A stretch of DNA of 64,000 nucleotides from Eledone cirrhosa (lineage: Eukaryota): assembly GCA_964016885.1 (NCBI GenBank), contig OZ024743.1, forward strand, positions 231,942,001 to 232,006,000. Reading direction: 5' to 3'. The notes beneath the pieces are model-generated. The model ran no database searches and was not told the origin of the DNA. It worked only from the letters and a program-made list of their open reading frames with translations. Position numbers and translations under genes: made by a program. Positions 1-12,261 of the stretch are shown here, in pieces; the stretch's first letter is position 1; each line of letters begins with the position of its first letter.

Positions 1-29
1 TTAGTTTTCTGGCCTGCCCCTTCCTGTCC

Positions 30-59
30 CTTATTATTATTATTATTATTATTATTATT
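30..59. repeat. (TTA)n microsatellite flanking the 5' end of Tx1 element 1
   Basis: ttattatta run directly visible. Confidence 0.95.
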
Positions 60-275
60 GAATGCCATGGTTGACGGAGGCTCGGCTCTGTAAGGTATAG
101 TAATTTTTAACCGTTAAAACAATTGTAAATTGTTTAAAACTTGAACCAAATTGTTGATAAAGACACCCTCCTCCTCGTGAGAGGGGTCTTTCTGTCCGTT
201 ATTTGGCCCTTCGGGGTTAAATAACCAGTTATTGGGGTTTTGTACCCAAAATTTCATTTTAAACAAAAAAACAAC

Positions 276-2347
276 ATGGCTACGAAAAAGAAATTTCATA
301 CGTCACTCCCACTCATTCCGTCTTCTTCCTCAATCATCACTACAGCAGAGAGAAGATTGTCTCTCTCCCTCCCTTCTCTTTCGCAAGTGACGAAAGAAAA
401 GAAAAGTCTCGTGCAAAGCGTGCAAGGTTTCTCCACGACGACGACAGCGACGAAACAGGTGTGCGGGAAATACGAAAACCCAGTTCATTCGTCTGACGTC
501 AGGAATAATAGCAGTAGCAGCCGTAATAACAACAGCAACAGTGACAATGAAAACAACAGTAGCAGCCGCAACAGCATCACCAGCAGCATAAACAACAACA
601 GCATTAGCAGCAGCAACACCAACAACAACCACAGCAACAGCGGCGGAGGCAGTAGTCGTAGTACCTGCAGCAACAACAAAAGTACCAGCAGCTCTGACGA
701 CAACAACAACAGCAGAGAAAAACCAATCTCATTTGCAGGTATTGCGAAAAACTTGGAAACAATCCTCATAACAAATGAGGAATTAGAGGAAGCGAAGAAG
801 ATGGTGACAAAGAACGGACACCGAGCAATCTGCAAGGCAGCGGAAAAATTTTTCGAAACCCAAGAGCACTGTACGGTCACGTACCGTACAGTAAGTACAA
901 AATCCCGTAGGGTGGAAAGAGCCACAGAGGCCCAAATACAAAAAGCCTTGGGGTCTGTGTGGCAGCGGAAAACGCACATCACCCGAGGCAAAAAATATGC
1001 CACCGTAGACGTACTTTTTGCCACACCCCAGGAGGCAAAGGCCCAATCAGTAGTGACCCTAAGGAGCGAGGAAATGGTGTTGGTGCCCTCCTACTGCGGG
1101 CAAAAAATTGTGAGGGTCAAACTGACCCACGTCCCCCCCCCCCCCCCGGAATGACCCCTTCTTGGCTGGCCGCGTCTGTCCTCGTCGGAATCGAGGACAA
1201 AACAACTGTACTGCAAGTACAGAAAAAAGTAAGAGAAGATTGGGTCGGCTCCTCCATTGAGATGCTAATCCAAACCAACCAGGAGTGCATCGAAGCTATC
1301 CCGGATGTGATAGACTTCGATAACGGCACTCAACTGCCCATAAGTGTTGAGGGCAAACGCCCGAAATGCTTTCGCTGTGGATCGAAGACTCACCTCAGAG
1401 CCTTCTGCAACGAGAAGACCCTGAGAAAGGAGAAAACCCCCCTCCTTCCGAATCCGGCTCCACGGCTACCAGCAACAGGACAAGCGGCAACCAGGAACGA
1501 TAGGTCCGTGGCACCCATACCCACTCCACGGAAATCAAAAACAGCAGCAGCAGTGGAAATATTAACAACAACAACAGCAATACCAAATGCAGCTGCAACA
1601 GAGACTCCAGTGCAAATATCACCAACAACAACAAGTGAAAGAGTGGAGCTGGTACCCCTCCCCCACCTCACAGAATCAGACATGGAGTGTGAGGTGGGAG
1701 AGGGATGGCAAAAGGTCGCAAGAAGGCACAAACGCAGAAGCAGCGCATCGTCGCCTTTGAAAAGGGAGGAAAGAAATGAGAAAAGGGTAAAGTCTACTGC
1801 AAAGAGACCCACAGCAGCAACACCACCAACAACATCACCACCCACACTAGCACCACCATCACCACCGGCGACAACCCCACCGCCAACAACACCTTCAACA
1901 CCACCACCACAAGCACCAACATCGCAAACACAACAACAAAACACACACACCCAGCAACAACGACAAGAAAATAGCAGAACCACACCCCACCCCCAGAAAA
2001 ACAAATGCACGGCAATAAATACACACAACAAGAAACTAATGACTTACATAATTGAACACACAGACATTTCACAACAGGACTACATAATACCAGCACCAAT
2101 CAAAACGCCAACTAACATAAGACTGCTAAAAATAGCACAGAAACAATACACAAACATTAAAACGAAATTCCCCAACGCAGTTGGTGATTTCAGGGACCTA
2201 GGAGGAACCATCAATCGAAGAGTATATTCAGACATTCTCTTAGAAGAGCCGACGACCAGCCGAAGGGACGATTCAACGGTCCCTTCACCAGACGATCAAG
2301 TGAAAAGGGATGTAAAAACCATCCCTTCTCTACCAAAAGTACGGTAA
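276..2347 (+). pseudogene. Tx1 ORF1 (gag-like nucleic-acid-binding protein), frameshifted at a C15 run (1133-1147)
   Basis: ORFs 240-1154 and 959-2347 join at the poly-C run; zinc knuckle CFRCGSKTHLRAFC (CX2CX4HX4C); N/S-rich and P/T-rich low-complexity tracts. Confidence 0.85.
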
Positions 2348-2382
2348 GTGGTCTTTCCCATCTTTTCCACTCTATTTTAAAC

Positions 2383-5300
2383 ATGACCTCACTCAGAATA
2401 GGCAGCATAAATGCGCGTGGCATGGGGTCGTCATGGAAGCAGGGTCACCTGCTCAACGACCTCAGGTCACTAAACATAGATGTAGTGGCCATCAGCGAGA
2501 CCAGAATCTCCGAAGCACGGGCCTTCGCACCGATCTTCGGCGGCTACGATGTGTACGCATCTCCCAGCCGTCCTGGATCGGGTGGAGGAGTTGCTGTGCT
2601 TTTTCGGAGAGGTTTGGATCTCGCCATACGGGCCATCTTCCTGGACCCAGAGGGTAAGCTGGTGGTGCTGGACGTGACCAGCGGAGACGGGCAAGCTTTC
2701 AGGGTAGTGGCCGTCTATGCCCCGACAGGAGCAGGGCGGCCTGATTTCTTCCGGCGTCTGGAGACCTTTCTTGGAACGTCCCGCTCTTTAGTGTTAGTGG
2801 GCGACTGGAACGGGATCTGAGATGCACGCTGGGACTGTGTGGGATTAGCGGATAGGGGTGGAGGGTGCAAGAGCCTCACCAACCTGCTCAGGCGTTTTGA
2901 ACTGTCTGACAGGTACCGATTGGATTTCCCGAATGTGCCAATGTGGACTTGGACAAACCGCATAGGGTCATCCAGATCATATCTAGATAGAGTATTTTGT
3001 AGGGAAATAGATAGGTCTAGCATAGGCTGTCCACAATTCAAGATAGTCAGCTACACGGACCACAAATTCGTGACCTGTGTGCTTGACTTAGATAGGCTTC
3101 ATAGACGAGGACCCGGCTACTGGAAGCTAAACGCGTCCTTACCAGCGCGCAAGGCCTACAGAGACCGGATTAGCGAACTAGTTAAGCGGGCGTTGACGGG
3201 GGCCATCGTCAACAACAAGTGGTGGTTTGCTCTGAAAAGAGCGATTAGAATAGAATCGATTAGGTTTAGTAAGGCTTTAGCAATAGAGAAAAATAGAGCA
3301 GAGGGAGAACTTGTTAGAAAATTAGACGAGGCGCTTAGCAAAGGCATTGCGACCGACGTGCTTGCGGCGAAATTGGCCCTTGACCAATTCTTCAATGCAA
3401 AGCACGAAGGCTGCGTTGTCAGAGCTAGGGTGCGTGCTCTCAGACACGAGGGGACGAAAGCCGTTCAATGGGCCCGAGTGGCGGAGGCGCGTCGTGGAAA
3501 CAAAGCCACGATCCGGTCTTTGGTGGACCACGACGGGCGCATGCTACTCGATCCCGGGCAAATGTGTGAAGCTTTTCAGCGACACTTCGCTCAGCTGTTC
3601 GGGGGCAGCGGGGGGCCGGGTAGAGGGATGGACTTTAGTGTCTACCTCGACGGACTGCCGCGGCTCTCGGCCACTGAGGCGAGGTGTTGCGAAAAGCCGA
3701 TAACAGCCGCTGAAGTACGGGAGGCAATGACTGGCTGCACAAGGGGTAAATCGCCTGGTTTGGATGGTCTGCCCTATGAACTTTACGTACAGATGCCAGA
3801 CTTGTTCGGAGGCCTCTTGGCGGACGTCTACTGCAACTGGCAACAGAACGGGAGAATTCCCAGTTCTGTGAGCCGAGGAGCGGTGGCACTGCTGAGAAAG
3901 GATCCGAACAAGGGGGATAACATAGACAATTTCCGGCCCATAACTCTGCTAAACACAGAGTTTAAGATTTTGGCCAAGGTTCTAGCAAAGAGGTTGGCGC
4001 TTGTCGTTGGTGGTCTGGTGGGAGAGGCGCAGACATGCGCCATTCCCGACAGATCCATCCACGACAACCTCCACCTCATGCGATACATCGTAGAGAGGGT
4101 AGCTAGGGAACCTGGCACGGGTGGGTCCTTGATCAATTTAGATCAGTCGAAAGCTTTCGATAGGGTCGACCATCGTTACCTAGCGGCAGTCCTGAGGGCG
4201 GCTGGCTTTGGGCCCGTCTTCAGAGGCTGGATCGCTGCCATGAACAGCGACATATGCTCTGTAGTGAGAGTGAACGGTCACCTGTCGGAACCGTTCAACA
4301 TCATGCGCTCGGTCCGCCAAGGATGTCCCCTCTCGTCCCTCTTGTACGTATTGACTCTCGAGCCATTACTGCACAAACTGGAGACGTTGAGGGGAGTCCC
4401 GCGCGAACTAGGATGCGGAAGATCCGTGTCAGCATATGCGGACGATGTCACCGTAGTGGTGTCGAACGCCAAACACATCGAGGCGATCGGCACTACACTA
4501 AGAGAATACGAAGCGGTGACAGGAGCAATGATCAACCAGGAAAAGTCAGTGGGCCTGCAGCTCGGCACCTGGAGAGGCAGGTCCATGCCGTCCAACAGCG
4601 TCGTCGGGCGCTGGACGGACGGACCGGTTAAATTGCTAGGGGTCTGGTTCGGTCCGGACCTCCAGACGGACAAAAACTGGGACGAGGTGACGAGCAGGGT
4701 GGCTTCTCTCACCCAGAAATGGGCGGAGAGGAAGCTATCCCTGAAAGGTCGAGCGGAGGTGACTAACGCGTGCATCGCGTCTGTCATCTGCTACCGCCTA
4801 ACCGTCGTACCTTGTCCTAAGCCTCGCCTGACTGCGCTGGAGCGTTTGCTCTTTCGCTTTTTGTGGAAGGGACGTGCTCCGATGGTCAGGCGGTCCATCT
4901 GTTGTCAACACCCGCTACGTGGAGGGCTGGGCATGCCGTGGCTGATGATGCGCAGGCACGCGCTCAGGCTACGACATCTCCACCTCTTCCTCGACGGTGA
5001 TCAGGTGTGGTCGCCGTTTGCTAGACGCGTTTTTCCCCAGCTCGTTTCCTTGACGGAGCTGCAGTCCTGGGTAAAGCGAAGACCGAGAGGGAGCGCCTGG
5101 AGACTGGAATGTCTTCAGGCGCTCACAGCCCTCGACCAATCGGGCAATGTGATCGGTGGAAACTCCACCTCGGCGTTCTATAGAGGATTAGTGGAGGGGA
5201 AGAGCGACGACGTACTTGGGGAAACTCTAGGCGTCGACGAAAATCAACTAGCCAATCTCTTCGGAAGAACTTTCGGGCCAGGGCCTATGGACAACTTCCA

Positions 5301-5801
5301 GAAATCTCTGGCCTGCAGTGCTACCGAGGAGCCTTGCCAGTTCGGGATAAACTCTACAGGCATGGAGGTGCCGTCAGCCGGGCATGTCCGAGATGCGCGC
5401 AGGGCGACGAAACCGTCCTGCACTCACTCGTCCAGTGTCCGAAAATTGCTGACTTGTGGGTTTATGTCGAACACCTGCTGTCGCGTTTAGGACGGATCCA
5501 GCTATCATCTGAGTCTATCGTGAGGATTGCCCCGCCCTCCTCCTTTAGCCGGGAAGGGCAGGCAGTTTTTATCTGTCTGGTGGCCATGGCGAAAGAGATA
5601 GTGTGGTGGACACGTTTGAAAGGGCTGAAGACGAGCACTTACCTCTTCGGTGATGCTCTGATTGACTTTTTCAAATTTCATTTGAAAAGGAAAATCAGAG
5701 TAGAGAAGGAAGTGCTCTCTTCCCAGCATTTTGTTGAAAGATGGGTGAGAGAAGCAAGAATGGCCCGAGTGAATGGGCCGACTCTGAGTATATATCTGTA
5801 A
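2383..5801 (+). pseudogene. Tx1 ORF2: APE endonuclease + reverse transcriptase + C-terminal CCHC
   Basis: SINARG, ISET, VYAP, GDWN, YLDR, YTDH (APE); KSPGLDG, NFRPITLLN, DQSKAFDRV, RQGCPLS, AYADD (RT); CPRC..ETVLHSLVQC. Lesions: TGA at 2818-2820 (TTA in copy 2) and a 1-nt deletion near 5315. Confidence 0.93.
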
Positions 5802-6075
5802 ACTAAAGGTGGAAAACTGGGAGAGGGCACTTGCCTTGGTGGTCAGGGTCATTGTGGCTTTTTACTGGGCTTTCTCCACAAATGTCCCTCCGAAGTCTCC
5901 CCCCTATTGGGGAATTTTTTTTTTTTTTTTTTTCATTGTTATTTTCATTGTTATTTTTGTTACATCCTCTGTTTTTGTTTTTTTACACGCAGAAATGCCC
6001 ATTTGTACCGTCCTGCATTGTCCTGCACTGTCCTTAATGTCTACTTTATGTAAACCCTTGTGGTTAATAAAGAAA

Positions 6076-6116
<41 letters not shown>

Positions 6117-6320
6117 GGCCACCTACGTAGTAAATCGTATTATCGTGAGCTCCGCAAAGGTTTGTCGTTTAAAATTGCCATTTATGGAAATTTTTTATTG
6201 TTAACTGTATATAAGTGCACATACATTGTTTCTGAAAAGGACACTCAAAAAGATCGGGGACTTGAGCCCAAAATTTAAACTTTTCGAATTATCAAACAAA
6301 AATGTTTCTTTGAAAAAAAT

Positions 6321-8200
6321 CATGGACGACTCAGCGTCACACCTTCCTCACAAACTACCACCTCACACCGACACCACCATTGTAAATATTACTACGTTTG
6401 GCAACACTAAAAATATAAGCAGTAACAATATTTTAAATTTGTCTCATGCTGACATTCATTTCCCGGCATTAACAATGACTGCAGGTGTTGAAGCCGCCAC
6501 CCCTACCACACCACAGCGACAACAGAAACAAAAGAAAGAAATGAATTCTCTCGTGACATCGAAATGAATTCACCCAAAATGAACTCTTCCACACCGAACA
6601 ACACTGACGCCACCACAACCACAACTGAAACTAAAATTAACAATAACATAAATAACGGTAACAACAACAGCAACAGCAACAATGAGAAATAGAAAACCAC
6701 CCTGTCTTTTGCCAGAGTAGCAAAAAAATGCGAAGCAATCCAGTAACTCAGGAGGAATTAGAAGAAGCCAAAGAATGGTAAAGAAAGATGGGTATAGGGT
6801 CATCCTCACCCCCACGCCCACCTAATAAAATGTAGCATCGGCGCCTATGCACCGTGTCTTATCGGACGATTAACATAAAATCGCGCCGAATGGAACGGGC
6901 ATCCGAGTCCCAAATCCAAAAAGCTTTGGGACATGTGTGGGCAAAAAAACCCCCACATCAGACGTGGGCCGAAATATGGAACTGTGGACGTGTCCTTTGG
7001 AACAGCACAGGAGGTCAGAGAACACTCCATGGCCCTATTACGAATTGACGAATTCACACACGTCCCAAGCTATTGTGGCCATCGAAATTCCCTGGCTAAT
7101 GGTTGACGTCCTCGCAGGCATCGAGGCCAACACCAAGATAATCGAAATAGCGAAAGAAAAGCAGCAGAACTGGTCCGGATCTGGGATGGAGCTCCTGATC
7201 CAAGCGGACCAAAAAAGCATTGAGGAGATCCCAGAGGTAATAGACCTCACTGACTGCAGCCACCTCACCGTAATCGTCGAGGAAAGAAGGCCTAGGTGTG
7301 TCGTTTGTGGTGAAGGACCCCACCTAAGGGCTTTCTGCCCTCAGGCTAAAAGGTTGAGGCCACCTCTCCCACCCACACCAGTGACTCAACCATCAACACC
7401 ACCAGCAGCAGAAATGGCAGCAACAACAGAAGCAACTGTAACAGTAACAACTACAGCAACAGTAGCAAAACCAACACCAACACCACCCAACGCGGCAGAA
7501 CTAGCACCAGCGCCTACACCATCCACTACGCCACAACCCAAACCAACGCCTGTGGAGGATTTTCCACTCCCCGACCTATCCCAACTGGAGACAGATTGTG
7601 AGGACGAGGAGTCGGAAACGGTATCAGGAAAAAAAAGAAAGAAAAAGAAACGAAAAAAGAAAAAATCCTCTTCCTTCCCCCTCCAAAAACAAAATAAATA
7701 GGGAAACAAATAAACTATCAAACAAAAAAGTTAAGACAGATATGCCACCATCCACACCAGCATCACCGGCCCCATCACCACAAACACCAATACCATCACC
7801 ATCATTAACCCCAACACCACCATCACCTACATCACAAAAGTCACCAAAAAGCGAAACAGAAACAAACCCACAACAAACGCAAACAAAACAAAACAACCAA
7901 AACGATACACACTAAACAGCAATAAATTGGAACAACCAATTATTACACTACATTCAACACAACACCAGCATCACAGAAAAAGACTACACAACAACCCAAA
8001 AGTTCACATCACCTCCACACATACAAATCACTCGCATCACACAGAAAACGTACACGACACTAAAACAAAAATTCCCCAAAGACATCGGAGATTTCCGACA
8101 AGCACGCTCCAGGAGGATTTATAAGGACATCCTTCCGGAGTAGGCCAGAAGCAGAGAAAAGGATGGAGAAACCATCCTTCCTCTACGAGAAGTAAGGTAA
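6321..8200 (+). pseudogene. Tx1 copy 2 ORF1 remnants
   Basis: Fragments YRTINIKSRRMERASESQIQKALG and RPRCVVCGEGPHLRAFC are homologous to copy 1 ORF1; several frameshifts; start approximate. Confidence 0.75.
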
Positions 8201-8234
8201 GTGGTCTTTCCTATCTTTTCCACTCCAATTCAAC

Positions 8235-11200
8235 ATGACGTCACTCAGAATAGGCAGGATAAATGCACCTGGCTTGGGGTCGTCATGGAAGAAGGGTCAC
8301 CTGCTCAATGATCTCAGGTCACTAAACATAAATGTAGTGGCCATCAGTGAGACCAGAATCTCCGAATCACTGGCCTTCGGACCGATCTTCGGCGGCTACG
8401 ATGTGTACGCATCTCCCAGCCGTCCTGGACCGGGTGGGGGGGGGGAGTTGCTGTGATTTTTCGTAGAGGTTTGGATCTCGCCATACGGGCCATCTTCCTG
8501 GACCCATAAGGCAAGTTGGAGGCGCTGGACGTGACCAGCGGAGACGGGCAAGCTTTCAGGCTAGTGGCCGCCTATGCCCCGACAGGAGCAGGGCGGCCTG
8601 ATTTCTTCCGGCGTCTGGAGACCTTTCTTGGAACGTCCCGCTCTTTAGTGTTAGTGGACGATTGGAACGGGATCTTAGATGCCGCTGGGACTGTGTGGGA
8701 TTAGCGGATAGGGGTGGAGAGTGCAAGAGCCTCACCAACCTGCTCAGGCGATTTGAACTGTCTGACAGGTAGCGATTGGATTTCCCGAATGTGCCAATGT
8801 GGACTTGGACAAATCGCATAGGGTCATCCAGATCATATCTAGATAGAGTATTTTGTAGGGAAATAGATAGGACTAGCATAAACTGTCCACAATTCAAGAT
8901 AGTCAGCTACACGGACTACAAATTCGTGATCTGTGTGCTTGACTTAGATAGGCTTCATAGACGAGGACTCGGCTACTGGAAGCTAAACGCGTCCTTACCA
9001 GCGCACAAGGCCTACAGAGACCAGATTAGCGAACTAGTTAAGCAGCCGTTGACGGGGGCCATCGTCAATAACAAGTGGTGGTTTGCTGTGAAAAGAGCGA
9101 TTAGAATAAAGTCCATTAGGTTTAGTAAACCTTTAGCAATAGAGAAAAATAGAGCAGAGGGAGAACTTGTTTGAAAATTAGACGAGGCGTACTTGCGGTG
9201 AGATTGGCCCTTGACCAATTCTTCAATGCAAAGCACGTAGGCTGCGTTGGCAAAGCTAGGGTGCGTGCTCTCAGGCACGAGGGGACGAAAGCCGTTCAAT
9301 GGGCCCGAGTGTGGGAGGCGCGTCGTGGCAACAGAGCCACGATCCGGTCTTTGGTGGACCACGACGGGCGCTACTCGATCCCGGTCAAATGTGTGAAGCT
9401 TTTCAGCAACACTTCACACAGCTGTTCGGGGGCAGCGGCGGGCCGGATCGAAGGATGAACTTTAGTGTCTAGCTCGACGGACTGCCGCGGCTCTCAGCCA
9501 CTGAGGAGGAGTGTTGCGAAAAGCCGATAACAGCCGCTGAAGTACGGGAGGCAATGACTGGCTGCACAAGGGGTAAATCGCCTGGTTTGGATGGTCTGCC
9601 CTATGAACTTTACGTACAGATGCCAGACTTGTTCGGAGGCCTCTTGGCGGACGTCTACTGCAACTGGCAACAGAACGGGAGAATTCCCAGCTCTGTGAGC
9701 CGTGGAGCTGTGGCACTGCTGAGAAAGGATCCGAACAAGTGGGATAACATAGATAATTTCAGGCCCATAACTCTGCTAAACACAGAGTTCAAGATTTTGG
9801 CCAAGGTGCTAGCAAAGAGGTTGGCGCTTGTCGTTGGTGGTCCCGACAGATCCATCCACGACAACCTCCACCTCATGCGATACATCGTAGAGAGGGTAGC
9901 TAGGGAACCTGGCACGGGTGGATCCTTGATCAATTTAGATCAGTCGAAAGCCTTCGATAGGGTCGACCATCGTTACCTAGCAGCAGTCCTGAGGGCGGCT
10001 GGCTTTGGGCCCGTCTTCAGAGGCTGGATCGCTGCCATGCACAGCGACATCTGCTCTGTGGTGAGAGTGAACGGTCACCTTTCGGAACCGTTCAACATCA
10101 TGCGGTCGGTCCGCCAAGGATGTTCCCTCTCGTCCCTCTCGTACGTATTGAATCTCGAGCCATTACTGCACAAACTGGAGACGTTGAGGGGGGGGGGATG
10201 ATCCGTGTCAGCATATGCGGACGATGTCACCGTAGTGGTGTCGAACGCCAAACACATCGAGGCGATCGGCACTACAATAAGAGAATACGAAGCGGTGACA
10301 GGAGCAATGATCAACCAGGAAAATCAGTGGGCCTGCAGCTCGGCACCTGGAAAGGCAGGTCCATGCCGTCCAACAGCGTCGTCGGGCGCTGGACGGACGG
10401 ACCGGTTAAATTGCTAGGGGTCTGGTTCGGTCCGGACCTCCAGATGTACAAAAACTGGGACGAGGTGACGAGCAGGGTGACTTGTCTCACCCAGAAATGG
10501 TCCGAGAGTAAGCTATCCTTGAAAGTCGAGCGGAGGTGGCTAACGCGTATATCGCGTCCGTCATCTACTACCGCCTGACCTCGTACCTTGTCCTAAGCCC
10601 CGCTTGACTGCGCTGGAGCGTTTGCTCTTTCGATTTTTGTGGAAGGGACGCGCTCCGATGGTCAGGCGGTCCATCTGCTGTCAACACCCGCTACGTGGAG
10701 GGCTGGGCATGCCGTGGCTGATGATGCGCAGACACGCGCTCAGGCTACGACATCTCCACCTCTTCCTCGACGGTGATCAGGTGTGGTCGCCGTTTGCTAG
10801 AGACGTCTTTCCCCAGCTCGTCTCCTTGACGGAGCTTCAGTCCTGGGTCAAGCGAAGACCGAGAGGGTGCGCTTGCAGACTGGAATGTCTTCAGGCGCTC
10901 ACAGCCCTCGACCAATCGGGCAATTTGATCGGTGGAAACTCCAGCTTGGCGTTCTACAGAGGATTAGTGGAGGGGAAGAGCGACGACGTACTTGGGGAAA
11001 CTCTAGGCGTCGACGAAAATCAATTAGCCAATCTCTTCGGAAGGACTTTCGGGCCGGGGTCTATGGACAACTTCCAGAAATCCCTGGCCTGGCAGTGCTA
11101 CCGAGGAGCTTTGCCAGTTCGGGATAAACTCTACAGGCATGGAGGTGCCGTCAGCCGGGCATGTCCGAGATGCGTGCAGGGTGACGAAACCGTCCTGCAC

Positions 11201-11573
11201 GCACTCGTCCAGTGTCCGAGCAGTGCTGAATTGTGGGTTTATGTTGAACACCTGCTGTCACGTGTAGGACGGATCCAGCTATCAGCTGTGTCCATCGTGA
11301 GGATTGCCCGGCCCTCTTCCTTTAGCCGGGAAGGGCAGCCAGTTTTTAAATGTCTGGTGGCCATGGCGAAAGGGATAGTATGGTGGACACGCTTGAAAGG
11401 GCTGAAGCACTTACCTCTTCGGTGATGCCCTGATTAACTTTTTCAAATTTCATTTGAAAAGGAAAATCAGGGTAGATAGGGAAGTGCTCTCTTTCCAGCA
11501 TTTTGTTGAAAGATGGGTGAGAGAAGCAAGTATAGCCCGAGTGAATGGGCCTACTCTGAGTATGTGTCTGTAA
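8235..11573 (+). pseudogene. Tx1 copy 2 ORF2 (APE-RT), multiple frameshifts and deletions
   Basis: Fragmented ORFs nearly identical to copy 1 ORF2 (MTSLRIG, KSPGLDG, SAYADD, CPRC). Confidence 0.9.
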
Positions 11574-11983
11574 ATTAAAGGTGGTAAACTGGGAGAGGGC
11601 ACTTGTCCTGGTGGTCAGGGTCACTGTGGCTTTTAATGGGCTTTATCCACAAATGTATCTCGGAAGTCTCTCGGAAGCGTGTTTTTTACACGCAGAAATG
11701 TCCGTTTGTACTGCCCTGTATTGTCCTGTACTGTCCTTAATCTCTACTTTATGTAGACCCTTGTGGTTAATAAAGAAACCATTATTATTATTATTATTAA
11801 TATTATTATTATTACTAATAATCATGTTATTGCAGTTACTAGTAGAATTTACAACAACCATTCATCAAATGCACTATGACCAACATGATAAATGACGCAT
11901 TATTTTAATACAATTTTTAATGAAATCTTTCGTAAACATTGATAATAAATTGGTTGTTTGCATTCTAAATTATAACTATATAA

Positions 11984-12084
11984 TTGTTTCTACTTTTGAC
12001 ACAAGGCCAGCAATTACTCAGTGCATTACTAGTACTTTATTTTATCGACCCCGTAAGGATGAAAGGCAAAGTCAACCTCGGCGG
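11984..12084 (-). mobile_element. SINE 3' part (octopus-type tRNA SINE, Nin/Deu-like core)
   Basis: Reverse-complement match to the SINE at 19117-19291. Confidence 0.8.
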
Positions 12085-12261
12085 TATTATATTATAACAT
12101 TATAACCATATAATGTTACTGTTTATCCGCAAGACACTACATTTCTATCCATTTCAACCACCCTCTCCTGTTGCCCTTTCCTATCTATATATTTATTTAT
12201 CTTTGCATTCAGTCATGAACGCTGCGTTCATAACCAGAAGTGGGGTGGAGAGGCGGTAAGA

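Larger units (their letters stand above)
60..6116 (+). mobile_element. Full-length Tx1/L1-clade non-LTR retrotransposon, copy 1 (near intact)
   Basis: ORF1 with CCHC knuckle, ORF2 APE-RT-CCHC, 3'UTR ending AATAAAGAAA followed by (TTA)n at ~6078-6116. Confidence 0.93.
6117..11815 (+). mobile_element. Full-length Tx1/L1-clade element, copy 2 (decayed)
   Basis: ORF2 and 3'UTR almost colinear with copy 1; begins right after the (TTA)n tail of copy 1 and ends AATAAAGAAA + (TTA)n. Confidence 0.92.

Noticed and set aside
5809-6204. Hydrophobic 'ORF3' after Tx1 ORF2 (also 11581-11895)
   Set aside because: Non-ATG start; T-rich UTR and (TTA)n tail give spurious F/L runs
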